Assembly (NCBI RefSeq): GCF_009914755.1
Contig: NC_060931.1
Strand: one strand, 5' to 3'
Length of the DNA stretch: 64,000 bases
Source: the human T2T-CHM13v2.0 reference genome, Homo sapiens
A program made the position numbers and the translations under genes. Below are positions 44,353 through 57,162 of this stretch, piece after piece. Numbering within the stretch: position 1 is the stretch's first letter; each line of letters begins with the position of its first letter. The notes beneath the pieces are model-generated. The model saw nothing but the letters and a program-made list of their open reading frames with translations. It did no database searches and had not been told where the DNA came from.

Positions 44353-46097
44353 GAGACGCAGGATTTTTTTAAAAATACTTATCTCCATGAAGCAGAGCTG
44401 CTTTAGTCTCCAGTTCTATCACCAATGTATTCCATAGCACATTGTTTATGTTCCATAAATAGAAAAAACCCTACAGAAAATGATCACATTTCTGTATTAT
44501 TAATCGCTCAATTTCCTCTTCCTGCACTACTAATTCTACTCAGAAATAAATGTTGTGTTAAGATACTACAATTTTGGAACTGTTTGTTACTTCAGCATAA
44601 CCAGCCTCTCCCACCAAATATACTACCTGATAGGACTGTGGTCCATATTAAATGAGATAATCCACATAAAGGACTCAGCATAACATGAGGCATATAGGAA
44701 ATATTGAAGCAATTGAGTCTTCATGATTTAAATATTGTCTTGCATTAAAATGTTTATCGTGAGATGAATCCAGTGTTGGAAATATCAAAGTAGCCATTAG
44801 AAAAATGTTTCAACAAGTAACTATAAATTCTCTTGAAGCAAGTGAAACAATAGGACATCTCAGAAAATAAATAGAATTTTTTTAAAAAAAGGAAAATTTT
44901 AGAACTAGAAAATACAATAACCAAAAGACATAACTCACTGGATGGGCTCAATAACAGTGTGGAGATGACACAAGACAGAACCACTGAATCTGAGGATAGA
45001 TCAAGAGAATGTATACCCTCTGAATGAGAGAGAGAAAACCAGCTTTTTAAAATGAACAGTCGTCACTTCCAAGATGGCCAAACAGGAACAGCTCCGGTCT
45101 ACAGCTCCCAGCGAGATTGATGCAGAAGATGGGTGATTTCTGCATTTCCAACTGAGGTACCTGGTTCATCTCATTGGGACTGGTTGGACAGTGGGTGCAG
45201 CCCACAGAGGGCAAGCAGAAGCAGGGCAGGGCGTCACCTCACCCTCACAAAAGGGGTCGGGGGATTTCCCTTTCTTAGTCAATGGAAGCCATAAGTGACT
45301 GTACCTGGAGGAACGGTATACTCCTGCCCAAATACTGTGCTTTTCCCACGGTCTTTGCAACCAGCAGACCAGGAGATCCTCTCCCGTGCCTGGCTCGGCA
45401 GGTACCATGCCCATGGAGCCTTACTCGCTGCTAACGCAGCAGTCTAAGATTGACCTGGGATGCCGGAGCTTGGTGGGGGGAGGGGTGTCTGCCGTTACTG
45501 AGGCTTGAGTAGGCGGTTCTATGCTCACAGTGTAAACAAAGTGGCAGGGAAGCTCAAACTGGGCAGAGCCCACCGCAGTTCAGCAAGGCCTACTGCCTTT
45601 CTAGGTTCCACCTCTGGGGGCAGGGTATATCTGAACAAAAGGCAGCAGACAGCTTCTCCAGACTTAAATGTCCCTGCCTCACAGCTCTGAAGGGAGCAGT
45701 GGTTCTCCCAGCACGGCATTTGAGCTCCAATAACGGACAGACTGCCTCCTCAAGTGGGTCACTGACCCCTGGGTAGCCTGACTGGGAGACACCTTCCAGT
45801 AGGGGCCAACAGACACCTCATACAGGCAGGTGCCCCTCTGGGACGAAGCTTCCAGAGGAAGGATCAGGCAGCAATATTTGCTGTTCTGCAGCCTCTGCTG
45901 GTGACACCTAGGCAAACAGCATCTGGAATGGACCTCTAGCAAACTGCAACAGACCTGCAGCTGAGGGGCCTGTCTGTTAGAAGGAAAACTAACAAACAGA
46001 AAGGAATAGCATCAACATAAACAAAAAGGACATCAACACCAAAATCCCATACATAGGTCACCAACATCAAAGACCAAAGGTGGATAAAACCACAAAG

Positions 46098-47122
46098 ATG
46101 GGGAGAAACCAGAGCAGAAAGGCAGAAAATTCTAAAAACCAAAACACCTCTTCTCCTCCAAAGGAACACAACTCCTCGCCAGCAAGGGAACAAAACTGGA
46201 TGGATAACGAGTTTGACAAGTTGACCGAAGTAGGCTTCAAAGGCCGGTAATAACAAACTTCTCCAAACTAAAGCAGCACGTTCTAACCCATCATGAGGAA
46301 GCTAAAAACCTTGAAAAAAGGTTAGACGAATGGCTAACTAGAATAAACAGTGTAGAGAAGAGCTTAAATGACCTAATGGAGCTGAAAAACACAATATGAG
46401 AACTTCGTAAAGCATACACAAGCTTCAATAGCCAATTCGATCGGCTGGAAGAAAGGATATCAGTGATTGAAGATCGAATTAGTGAAACAAAGCAAGAAGA
46501 CAAGATTAGAGAAAAAAGAGTGAAAAGAAACAAACAACACCTCCAAGAAATATGGGACTATGTGAAAAGACCAAATCTACGTCTGATTGGTGTACCTGAA
46601 AGTGGCGGGGATAATGGAACCAAGTTGGAAAACACTCTTCAGGGTATTATCCAGGAGAACTTCCCCAACCTAGCAAGACAGGCCAACATTCACATTCAGG
46701 AAATACCGAGAACACCACAAAGATACTCCTCGAGAAGAGCAACCCCAAGACACATAATTGTCAGATTCACCAAGGTTGAAATGAAGGAAAAAATGTTAAG
46801 GGCAGCCAGAGAGAAAGGTCAGGTCACCCACAAAGGGAGGCCTATCAGACTGACAGCAGGTCTCTCTGCAGAAACCCTACAAGCCAGAAGAGAGTGGGGG
46901 CCAATATTCAACATTCTTAAAGAAAAGAATTTTCAACCCAGAATTCCATATCCAGTCAAACTAAGCTTCATAAGTAAAGGAGAAATAAAATTCTTTACAG
47001 ACAAGCAAATGCTGAGAGATTTCATCACCATCAGGCCTGCGTTACAAGAGCTCCTGAAGGAAGCACTAGACGTGGATAGGAACAACTGGTACCAGCCACT
47101 GCAAAAACATGCCAAATTGTAA
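46098..47122 (+). pseudogene. L1 ORF1p, disrupted
   Basis: ATG GGG AGA AAC CAG at 46098; frameshift and stop in the 5' third; the C-terminal 219 codons (...YVKRPNLRLIGVPE...ARREWGPIF...) are open. Confidence 0.9.
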
Positions 47123-47185
47123 AGACCATCGATGCTATGAAAAAACTGTATCAATTAACGGGGGAAATAACCAGCTAGCATCATC

Positions 47186-47966
47186 ATGACAGGATCAAAT
47201 TCACACATAACAATATTAACCTTAAATGTAAACGGGCTAAATGCCCCAATTAAAAGACACAGACGCAAACTGGATAGAGTCAAGACCCATTGGTGTGCAG
47301 TATTCAGGAGACCTATCTCACATGCAAAGACACACATAGGCTCAAAATAAAGGGATGGTGGAAGATGTAGAAAGCAAATGAAAAGCGAAAAAAAAGCAGG
47401 GGTTGCAATCCTGGACTCTGATAAAACAGACTTTAAACCAACAAAGATCAAAAGAGACAAAGCAGGTATTACATAATGGTAAAGGTATCAATTCAACAAG
47501 AAGAGCTAACTATCCTAAATATATATGTACCCAATACAGGAGCACCCAGATTCATAAAGCAAGTTCTTAGAGACCTACAAAGAGACTTAGACTCCCACAC
47601 AGTAATAATGGGAGACTTTAACACCCCACTGTTAATATCAGACACATCAACGAGACAGAAAATTAACAAGGATATCCAGGACTTGAACTCAGCTCTGGAG
47701 CAAGCAGACCTAATAGACATCTACAGAACTCCCCACCCCAAATCAACAGAATATACATTCTTCTCAGCACCACATTGCACTTATTCTAAAATTGACCACA
47801 TAAGTGGAAATAAAACACTCCTCAGCAAATGTAAAAGAACAGAAATCACAACAAACTGTCTCTCAGACCACAAAGCAATCAAATTAGAACTCAGGATTAA
47901 GAACCTCACTCAAAACCACACAACTACATGGAAACTGAACAACCTGTTCCTGAATGACTACTGGGG
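47186..47966 (+). pseudogene. L1 ORF2p endonuclease domain only, disrupted
   Basis: MTGSNSHITILTLNVNGLN start; GDFNTPL and YSKIDH motifs; small indels upstream of 47476; truncated at LNDYW. Confidence 0.9.
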
Positions 47967-49717
47967 AACATCACACACTGGGGCCTGTGGGGGGTGGGGG
48001 GCTAGGGGAGGGAAATCATTAGGAGAAATACCTAATGTAGGTGACAGGTTGATGGGTGCAGAAAACCACCATGGCACTTGTATACCTATGTAACAAAATT
48101 GCATGTTCTGCACATGTAACCCAGAACTTAAAGTATAATTTAAAAAAAAAAAATGAAGAGTCTCAGGGACCTGTGAAAAAAATAATAAAAGGGCCAACAT
48201 TCATGTTATTACAGTTCCACAGGGAGAGTGGGATTGAAAAAGTATTTGGAGAAAAAATGGTTGAAAACTTTCACAATTTGGTGAAGGGCATAAACCTACA
48301 GATTCCAGAAGCTGAGCAAACCCCAAATAAGATAAATAAAAGAAATCCATGCCCAAAGACCTTATAATTAAACTTGCAAACACTAAAGTTAAAAAAAAAA
48401 AAAAATCTTGAAAACAGCTAGGGAAACAGCACATTTCTTACCGGAAGCACCAATTCAAATGAAAATGGGTTTCTCATTTGAAATGATAGAAGCCAGAGGG
48501 AAGTGGCACAATATATCTTATGTCCTCAAAGAAAAGAATTGCCAACCACAAATGCTGTATCTGGTTAAAAAAACAAAACAAAACAAAACAAAAAAAAAAA
48601 AAACACCTTAAAACTGAAGGGAAGATAAAGATACTCTCATATTAAAAAATTTAAAAATTTAAAATAACTAAGAATTTGTCACTTGCAAGCCTATCCTTAA
48701 AGAGTGGCTAATAGGAGTTTTCCATACAGAAAGGAACAGTAGAAGATAGAAGATAACAGAAAAAAAGGCTTAGAACTTCAAAAAGGAGAAGAGAACACAG
48801 AGATGAGTGAAAACAGGGGTAAATATAATAGATTATTCTTTTCATGAGTTTCTTAAATGACATTTGATAGTTGAAGCCAAAAAATACAATACCAACTGAT
48901 GTGGTGCTCAAAGTACATAAAGTAAATATTTAAACAATTGCACTTAAAAAGCAAGGAGGGTAAAGGAACTAAATGGAAGTAAGGTTTCTACACTTCACTA
49001 GAAGTGGCAAACTGTTGTGGACACCAGTAGACTGTGATAAGTTATGTATATATATTTCAATACCTAGAGCAACCACTAGGAAATTATACAAAGGAACTAA
49101 AAAATATTATAAATTAAGATGGAATCCTAAAACATGTTCAAGTAACGCACAGGAAAGAAAGGAAAGAGAAACAAGAGAAATGAAAAACGGAGGACACAAA
49201 CAGAAAACCAAAAAATGGCAGACTTAAGCCTTAACATATCATTACTTTAAATGTGAGTGGTCTGCCTACAACTAGTTAAAAGACTGGCAGAGCACCAAAA
49301 AAAGCCCATTTCCAAAGGTTACGCTCTATATGGTTCTATGCATATAGTATGTATAAAACGACAAAATTATACAGATGGAGAACAGATTAGTAGTTGCCAG
49401 GAGTTGGATGTGCGGCAAGGAGTGGCTGTGACCAAAAAAGGATAGCACAGGGAACCTTGTGATGAAACTGTCCTGTATTTTCACTGCAGTGGAGTGGTGG
49501 TTACATGAATCTTCACATGATAAAACTGCACAGAACTAAGTACACACAAACTCATGCACACACACAAATGAATGCATGTAATACGGGTGAAATCCAAATA
49601 AGGTCTGTGCCTTGTATCAATATCAATTTCCTGGCGTGATATTGTACTAGAGTTACGTAAGATGTTACCCTTTGGAAAGCGGGTGAAGGATATTCAGAAT
49701 ATCTTTGCATTTTTCCC

Positions 49718-49977
49718 TTTTTTTTTTTCTTTTAGAGATAGGGTCTTGCTCTGCTGTCCAGTCTGGAGTGCAGTGGCATAATCATGGTTCAATGCAGCCT
49801 CAACCTCCTGAGCTGAAGTGATCCTCCCACCTCAGCCTCCCAAGTAACCATGTCTACAGGCAAGCTCCATCATGCCTAGTCAATTTTTAAATTTTTTGTA
49901 GAGATGGGGTCTCACTGTGTTGCCCCAGCTGGTCTCAAACTCCTGGCCTCAAGTGATCCTCCCGCCTTGACCTCCCA
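49718..49977 (-). mobile_element. AluJ, 5'-truncated
   Basis: J-type tgcagcctcaacctcctg and ttttttgtagagatggggtctcact. Confidence 0.9.
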
Positions 49978-50473
49978 CCTCTGTGTTATTTCTTAACTAC
50001 ATGTGAATATACGGTTATTTCAAAATGACTTTTTTTAAAATTTAATATCTCAAGGAAAAAAAGTGTAGTAGAATAAAAAACAATTTTGGCTTTATATTAA
50101 CAGAAAATCTTGAATACAATAAAATTGGCTAAGAAATAAACCAAATCTTTCCCCTAACTCCCTTGTTAGAGAGTTTGAGATGGGGAAGGAAAGACATACC
50201 ATTTCATTCTGGGTTCCATAGCTCTGCAACCCAAACATCAATACAGAAGACACCTATAATATGTATAAAGATGAATATGTTTTGCTAAAAAAAAGTTATT
50301 TTGCTAAGTATATAAGTTATGCATATTATAGAAAATTTAGAAAATGAAGGCAGATAATGATAGTAAATAAAATTAAAAAGCACATGTCCCAGTGATAATA
50401 TGGCCTTGTATGCTTTTCCTTTGTTTATATATGGATTTTGTGGGGTAGAGAGAAACCAGTATATATCCTAAAT

Positions 50474-50678
50474 CGGGAATCAGCAAACTACAGCCTGCAG
50501 ACCAAATCCAGCCAGGCATCTGTTTTTGAACAGCCCATAAACTAAGCATGATGTTTACACTTTTACACAGTTACATACATGGCAGATACACACATAATAT
50601 CTGCCATATTGCCTCTGTCTGCAAAGCTTTTAAATATTTACTACCTAGAACTTTACAGAAAACGCCTGTCGACTCCTG
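50474..50678 (+). mobile_element. MER58-family (hAT-Charlie)
   Basis: tcagcaaactacagcctgcagaccaaatcc...aaatatttactacctagaactttacagaaaa...gtcgactcctg. Confidence 0.7.
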
Positions 50679-51269
50679 TTCTTAATGACATTTTTATAAA
50701 AAGCTTTTTAAATTATAAAGATAACATGAAAAAGGACATATGAATATTTTCTTTACTTAAAAATTAATGCCATTAATCAAGTTAGTGGCAGAATAACAAT
50801 CCATTATATGGGTTATATGACTAAACCTTTATTAATCAATTCATTTCTGGATATTTAGCCTGTTTCCAAATTTTTGTATTATACAAAGCAAATGAATGCT
50901 CTTATAGCTAAATTTCTAAATACAGAAATGAGTATTTTTAAGGAGGTCTCACAGCTAACATTATTTCATAAATATTTTTATAATTGTTTTGTAAATAAAC
51001 AGCATTATATATTTTGAGGTATAACAGGAACTTTATTAAACAATTAATATTATATATAAATTAACTATTCTCTATTCTCTAGAATAGAAAGCAATTCTGA
51101 AACTGGTATATTTTCCTACAAGTTGAACAAATCGAAATCTGTAATATTACCCAAAAATCTCATTATTATACATAGAGAAAATTCCAAAGATTTTTTTTTT
51201 TAATCCTGTCAAATTCTATAAAGGTACATAGAAGAAGAGTTTGGCCTAAAATCAGAGAGTCACAAGGAA

Positions 51270-51500
51270 GTTAAAGGCAGTATAACTAGAGGTTGGAGCC
51301 TCGGAGTCAAACTACGGGATCCAAATGCATTTACCAACTGGGTAGCCTTGCAAAGTTACTGAAAACTTGAAGTCTGTGTTTTTATCTGTAAACCGGAAGT
51401 GATCATCATGGCCAAGTCACAGGGCAGATTAAGATACCTAAAGAGCATACCAAAGTGCCCAGCACTGTTTTCTATACTAAATAACTGTTCATTTTTGTAA
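51270..51500 (+). mobile_element. MIR
   Basis: ggagtcaaac...gtagccttgcaaagttact...ttttatctgtaaa. Confidence 0.6.
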
Positions 51501-51869
51501 TGATCATCATTATCAGGGTAGACTTCTCACACGATACTTGTTCCATTACATCTTTGCTCCAAAGGGGGCCCAGACCTGCCTCTAACAAGCAGTAACTTGT
51601 AGGACTTAAAAAATAAAATTCCAGAAATTAATTTGATTATTTGCTTTTGTTTGAAAATATATTTAATACGGAAGCATATTACTTGTTTCAGCTTGAACAA
51701 GGCCATATAAAAGAGGTCACCAATGGATTACAAAGTACCACTTTAAAGAAAAGAATAATCTAAACATAAAGACATCAATCTTTAGGTTCAGAATTCAGGA
51801 TTAGAACATCTTTTTCCTCTCACTGTTTATACTGGACTCATTTTACTGTAACAAAGCTGAACTAGACAC

Positions 51870-52470
51870 TGGAATCTTCCTGACTCCCCATTTGGCTCGT
51901 CTCTTCCACACTATCCTATATTTCCTATTGACTGGACTCAAGAAGCATTTCCTTGGAGTCAGTTCCTCTTTGTCTTCCGCTACTGCCTTGCCCAGGCCTC
52001 TACACTCCTCCTATCTCTTATGGGGACTTCCATGAGAACCACGCAAATGGTCTTCCTGCTATCATCTCTCCTTCCAGTTCATCTGTCACCAACCCCTTCC
52101 CTACTCTCAACAATCAAACTTTTGGGTGGCTCCCCGATGGCCACAGAATCAAGTCCACACTTCCTGGTTTAATACATTAGGAGCTTCACAACCGCACCAA
52201 TTTCCTTCACCAGCCTCACTGCCCCACCCTTCTACACTACAGCCACATTGAGTGCCTCATGGGTGGCTAAACATACATACATACTCTTGCATGACTCAGT
52301 CTCTGCACATACATTCCCTCCTTCCCAAAGACTCCCAGCTTCGCTGCCCAGACTCACCTCCCAAGATTCTAGGCAGACTCACTCTTGAAGACTCCAACTG
52401 AAGCCATTCCTGACCATTCATCCACTCCTCTGTGCTCCCACCTCACTCTGTTACCATTTACACAAGAGCA
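51870..52470 (+). mobile_element. L2 fragment
   Basis: C-rich L2 3' body (aaatggtcttcctgct, gtggctccccgatggccacagaatcaagtcc). Confidence 0.6.
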
Positions 52471-53584
52471 ATCATCCCTAAGTATTGAAAAGATCTTAAT
52501 GCTTCAAAATAGGAGTGAAATCCTTTTGAAGATAATGTACTTCTTTGTTATGCTCTTCAAAAATAAAACACCATCTAAGAAGTAGTCTGGCTCATAATAT
52601 CAAGGTGAAATAAACAGTACACTGCATATTTTTCAAAACATCCACGCTGGAAGGACCAGTTTAGTTAGTCTCAAAATTTTGCCACAACCAATTATTACTG
52701 TAAATGCAGGACCCTTAACTATGTAGCCTATTAAATGACATACTTAACTATCTTGGTTGTAACATGATTTTGCATTTCTACTTTAACTGCAAAATATATT
52801 AAAATTCTTAAAGTTTTAAATATTGACATGTACACCACTTTCCTTTACATTAATAACACTAACTAAACAATTTCATTTCATTTGATTGTAGTTTTCAAGA
52901 GTAATGAAAAACATATGGCCAGTTTTTGGTAGACAATATTCTTTTCCCAAACATATATTAAAATAAGACCTTCAGATAAATTTAAAAGTCTTACTGATAT
53001 AATATAAAAGCACAGTTTACATGAAATGCAACATTTCATAAAATGATATATAAATTGTTATATGGTTGAAAACACTACACATTATTCTTTATGGAAATGG
53101 AAATTATCCTAGCACTTGAATAAGGAAAAGGTAGAAATATATAAGGAAAATGCCTGTCCTTCAAAAAAAGTTTAACAGTTACAAAACACGAGAAGAGATG
53201 ATAGAGAACGAAGAGAAATGGATGAAGGAGGAATCTCTGGCGGACTGAGTGGTGTCTCAAAATATCGCTCCTGGAACTGGAAAGTGATTCAAACTGAGTA
53301 AAAAAACTCCAAAGTCTTCAAAGGCTCAACTGCAAACAGGCTTACTACACTTACAAGGCCTAAACCTGGTCTATCAACATCCTGACTACTTTGCTGGTCC
53401 ATAAACTCAGTAGAATCAGTAATATCTAGGAGAGTAACTGTTTTCATAGAGCTAGAGGCGGCGGGGGGCACGGAGGCTAGGGTTGGGGGGAAGTGGGGGA
53501 GGAATCTCTCTAAGCCCTCAGGTTGAAGCACCAAGCTGGAAAATGAGCCACCATGACAATATCTAAAATATAAACTGAAGGTCA

Positions 53585-53950
53585 TTAATATTTAGCAAGT
53601 GCTTCCCATGTGCTAGGCTCTATATAAGATGCTTTATGAACATTAATCGTATCTATCTTCACAGCAACCATACAAGGCAAGCAACAAGACCCATTTTTCA
53701 CACGAGGAAACTGAAGAATACAGGAGGTAAGTGCTATGCCCAGGTCATACAAAAAGCACAAGGTATGGCCATGATACAAATGAGGGTCCACCTCCAGTTC
53801 TTTAGCACTATCCCAAGCAGTAGGCACTGGAGGCTAGACAGCAAGAAAATGGAAAGAGCCCAGAGTTGGAACCCCTTTCTCCTCCTCATCAGCTGTAGGA
53901 CATTAGACAATCAAGCCACATTTGGGTCTCACTTTCCTCAATCTTAAAAT
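53585..53950. mobile_element. Two adjacent MIRs (minus about 53585-53820, plus about 53830-53950)
   Basis: cccatttttcacacgaggaaactgaag and ctcactttcctcaatcttaaaat. Confidence 0.65.
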
Positions 53951-54069
53951 AACTACCTTTTCCTTCCATTTATCTCCTCAGTTTGGCCAAGTCTCATTCC
54001 CTAACTTCCTAGTTTCTTTGTCCATTTCTAATATAGTTTTTAAATATCTGATTTAAGGTACTTTACTGT

Positions 54070-54401
<332 letters not shown>

Positions 54402-55473
54402 TTATTGTATCTGCAAATGCTTGTTTATAGACATTCAACTCATGATGGAGTGTTATGTTATTGTTTTCTGCTACTGAAACCTCTGATTCTGACTTTCTAT
54501 TTTCTTCCTATAGTAGCTTTTTATGGATGTTACTTGTCATTTCAATTCATTTTTAAATGTCTTGGATTTTCCTGGATAGCAGTAACAGACGTTACCAGGG
54601 AAGAAGGGGTGAAGCATCTGTGTGGTTTACCAGGTTTCTGCATTTTCTTTTCTAGGAGGCATCTTTTTTTGGTGAGTAGGTAAGTCTCCTGATCTGATGA
54701 TGTTCTTTGTTTCTGGGCACCCTTAATTTCCTCTGCTTTGTCCTTTTCTTTCACTGCCAAGCCGCTAAGGATGCCTCCCCCATCTCTGCCAAAAGCAGCA
54801 CCATCCAACTCTTGTCACCTAAAGCCCTATATACTTTCAAGCTCCTTTCTTTAAATTCTCGAAATCCACCAAGTCTCACATCTGTTCTCAGATCTCCCCA
54901 CTAAGAATGGGGCCCCCTTCTCACTAAGATGATTTTTATGTGCATTCTGCCTCGGCTGGGTCTCAGCTGTACTCTCTTTATTTCTACCCAGTCTCCATCT
55001 GACTGTCAGCTCCAGCGTCAACTCCAGAGCCGACTCTGCTGGCTTTGGATGTTTATTTTCCCACTTGCACTGAAGTTTGTATTACTCCCCATTTGCTAAT
55101 TATACTAGAGGCCTAGATTGTGTGTGCTTTTATTTACTCTTTGTTGAGCTGTTTAGTATTTGGAGCATGTGTGGAAAGATTTAGATTTAGGTGGCTGCCA
55201 ACACCCTCCTCACCTGCAAAATGAAATTCCTCAACAGAGTTCCAGCACTGTCTGATTCTGTACCAATGATTCTAAGAACACTGGAATCTTAGTTAATTAG
55301 AGATTTCCAAAATAAGGTAACCTAAAATGCTTTTCAATACTGTATGAGAAATTAACAAATATACCCTATCTATAAGCAAACTCAGAAATGCCTTACCAGA
55401 AGCCCCACAGTAATGGAAATCCTTATTAATGAAAATGTTAGAAACCATGACTACACAATGACATAATACATAA

Positions 55474-55687
55474 CAAGCTTGTCCAACCCATGGCCCGCAG
55501 GCCACATATGGCCTAGGATGGCTTTGAATGCAGCTCAACACAAATTCATAAACTTTCTTAAAACACTGTTTGATTTTCTGCTGCAATTTTTTTTAGCTCA
55601 TCAGCTATTGTTAGTGTATTTTATGTGTGGCCCAAGACAATTCTTCTTCCAATGTGACCCGGGGAGCCAAAAGATTGGACATCCCTG
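55474..55687 (+). mobile_element. MER30 (hAT-Charlie)
   Basis: TIRs caagcttgtccaa / ttggacatccctg. 8-bp TSD atacataa / atatataa. Confidence 0.9.
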
Positions 55688-55913
55688 ATATATAATCTGT
55701 TCTCTAGAGAAATATGCATAAGTCCAACTTTTCCCTGGAAAAGCAACAAAATTCACATAAGCTTATGCAGTATCAACCCAAATGTAATAGATTATCATGG
55801 CTAGAGTCATATCAGTGTGTATTTCTAGCAGGTTATCACAGATACATTTTCATTCCTCTGAGCGAAATGAAATATTAAAAGGAAAAATGTAATTCTTCTT
55901 ATGAGTCCATCTA

Positions 55914-56247
<334 letters not shown>

Positions 56248-56397
56248 TTTATATTATGCTTAAACATTTCTTATGCAGACTTGAAAATAAATTTTTTAAA
56301 AACTCCTTCCTTATATATTATTCTCCTTAAGAAACTATCTTTATCACAATAACCTAACAACTTTTAAAGTAGCTCCCTTTTTAAGAAGCAAACTCCA

Positions 56398-56719
<322 letters not shown>

Positions 56720-57123
56720 TCAAAAATTATACCAACAAACATGTCACATTCATTAAAAGAACAAATAAAGAATAAACATCATAAAACCTACAGTGGCTAT
56801 TTTTAAAAAGCAGGTGAGGGGGATGTTAAAGTGTTGAGATAAATTTCTAAAACTTTGTATCAATTTTCCAACTGCCAACATGTTTCAAGTTAAAATATTG
56901 TTTCAGATGAAAACTTTTTGTTCCTTTTCTTATTTTTTAAGCTAATCCATTTAATCTTTTTTAAGATAGCTGGCATATTAAAAGCTCTTCCCCAAGGCTT
57001 AGTTACCTATCGCCCTGCTTTACACCCTCAGCCCCTGGGAATGTTGCATTTAGCAAAGAAGCGCAACTCAAGAGAACAACGTGGTGAGCTACAAATCCGA
57101 GGGCTCCTGAGTCACCACCTTAC

Positions 57124-57162
57124 CTCAGACTCATCTGTAGATTCTTCAAGGGACCCAGTTTC
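57124..57162 (-). CDS. VPS41: VPS41 coding exon 2 (39 nt, phase 0/0), ETGSLEESTDESE
   Basis: Minus strand reads ctgaccattttctttttctatgctttatag|GAAACTGGGTCCCTTGAAGAATCTACAGATGAGTCTGAG|gtaagg. Peptide matches recalled human VPS41 aa 8-20. Confidence 0.96.

Larger units (their letters stand above)
45062..48149 (+). mobile_element. L1PA (about PA6-PA8) with intact 5' UTR, ORF1, first quarter of ORF2, 3' UTR and poly(A); about 3 kb internal deletion
   Basis: Starts cacttccaagatggcc (YY1 site) and ends agaacttaaagtataattt(a)n. TSD aaaatgaa(c/g)agtc. ORF2-to-3'UTR junction at 47963-47966. Confidence 0.95.
44770..50030 (+). mobile_element. Old L1M (MC/MD-like) host element split by L1PA (45062-48149) and AluJ (49718-49977)
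   Basis: ORF1-like sequence runs ...aaaatgaacagtc|L1PA|aaaatgaagagtctcagggacctgtg...; 3' UTR-like sequence at 49290-50030. Confidence 0.8.

Noticed and set aside
45062-48149. Active or retrotransposition-competent L1
   Set aside because: ORF1 is disrupted, ORF2 has indels and lacks RT, and the 5' UTR is CpG-depleted.
50579-50608. 10-bp hairpin atggcagata...tatctgccat as an ncRNA
   Set aside because: Short, inside a MER58-type element, with no miRNA or snoRNA features.
54410-55230. Possible antisense HAL1/L1M 5' remnant
   Set aside because: T-rich and suggestive, but too diverged to support by eye.
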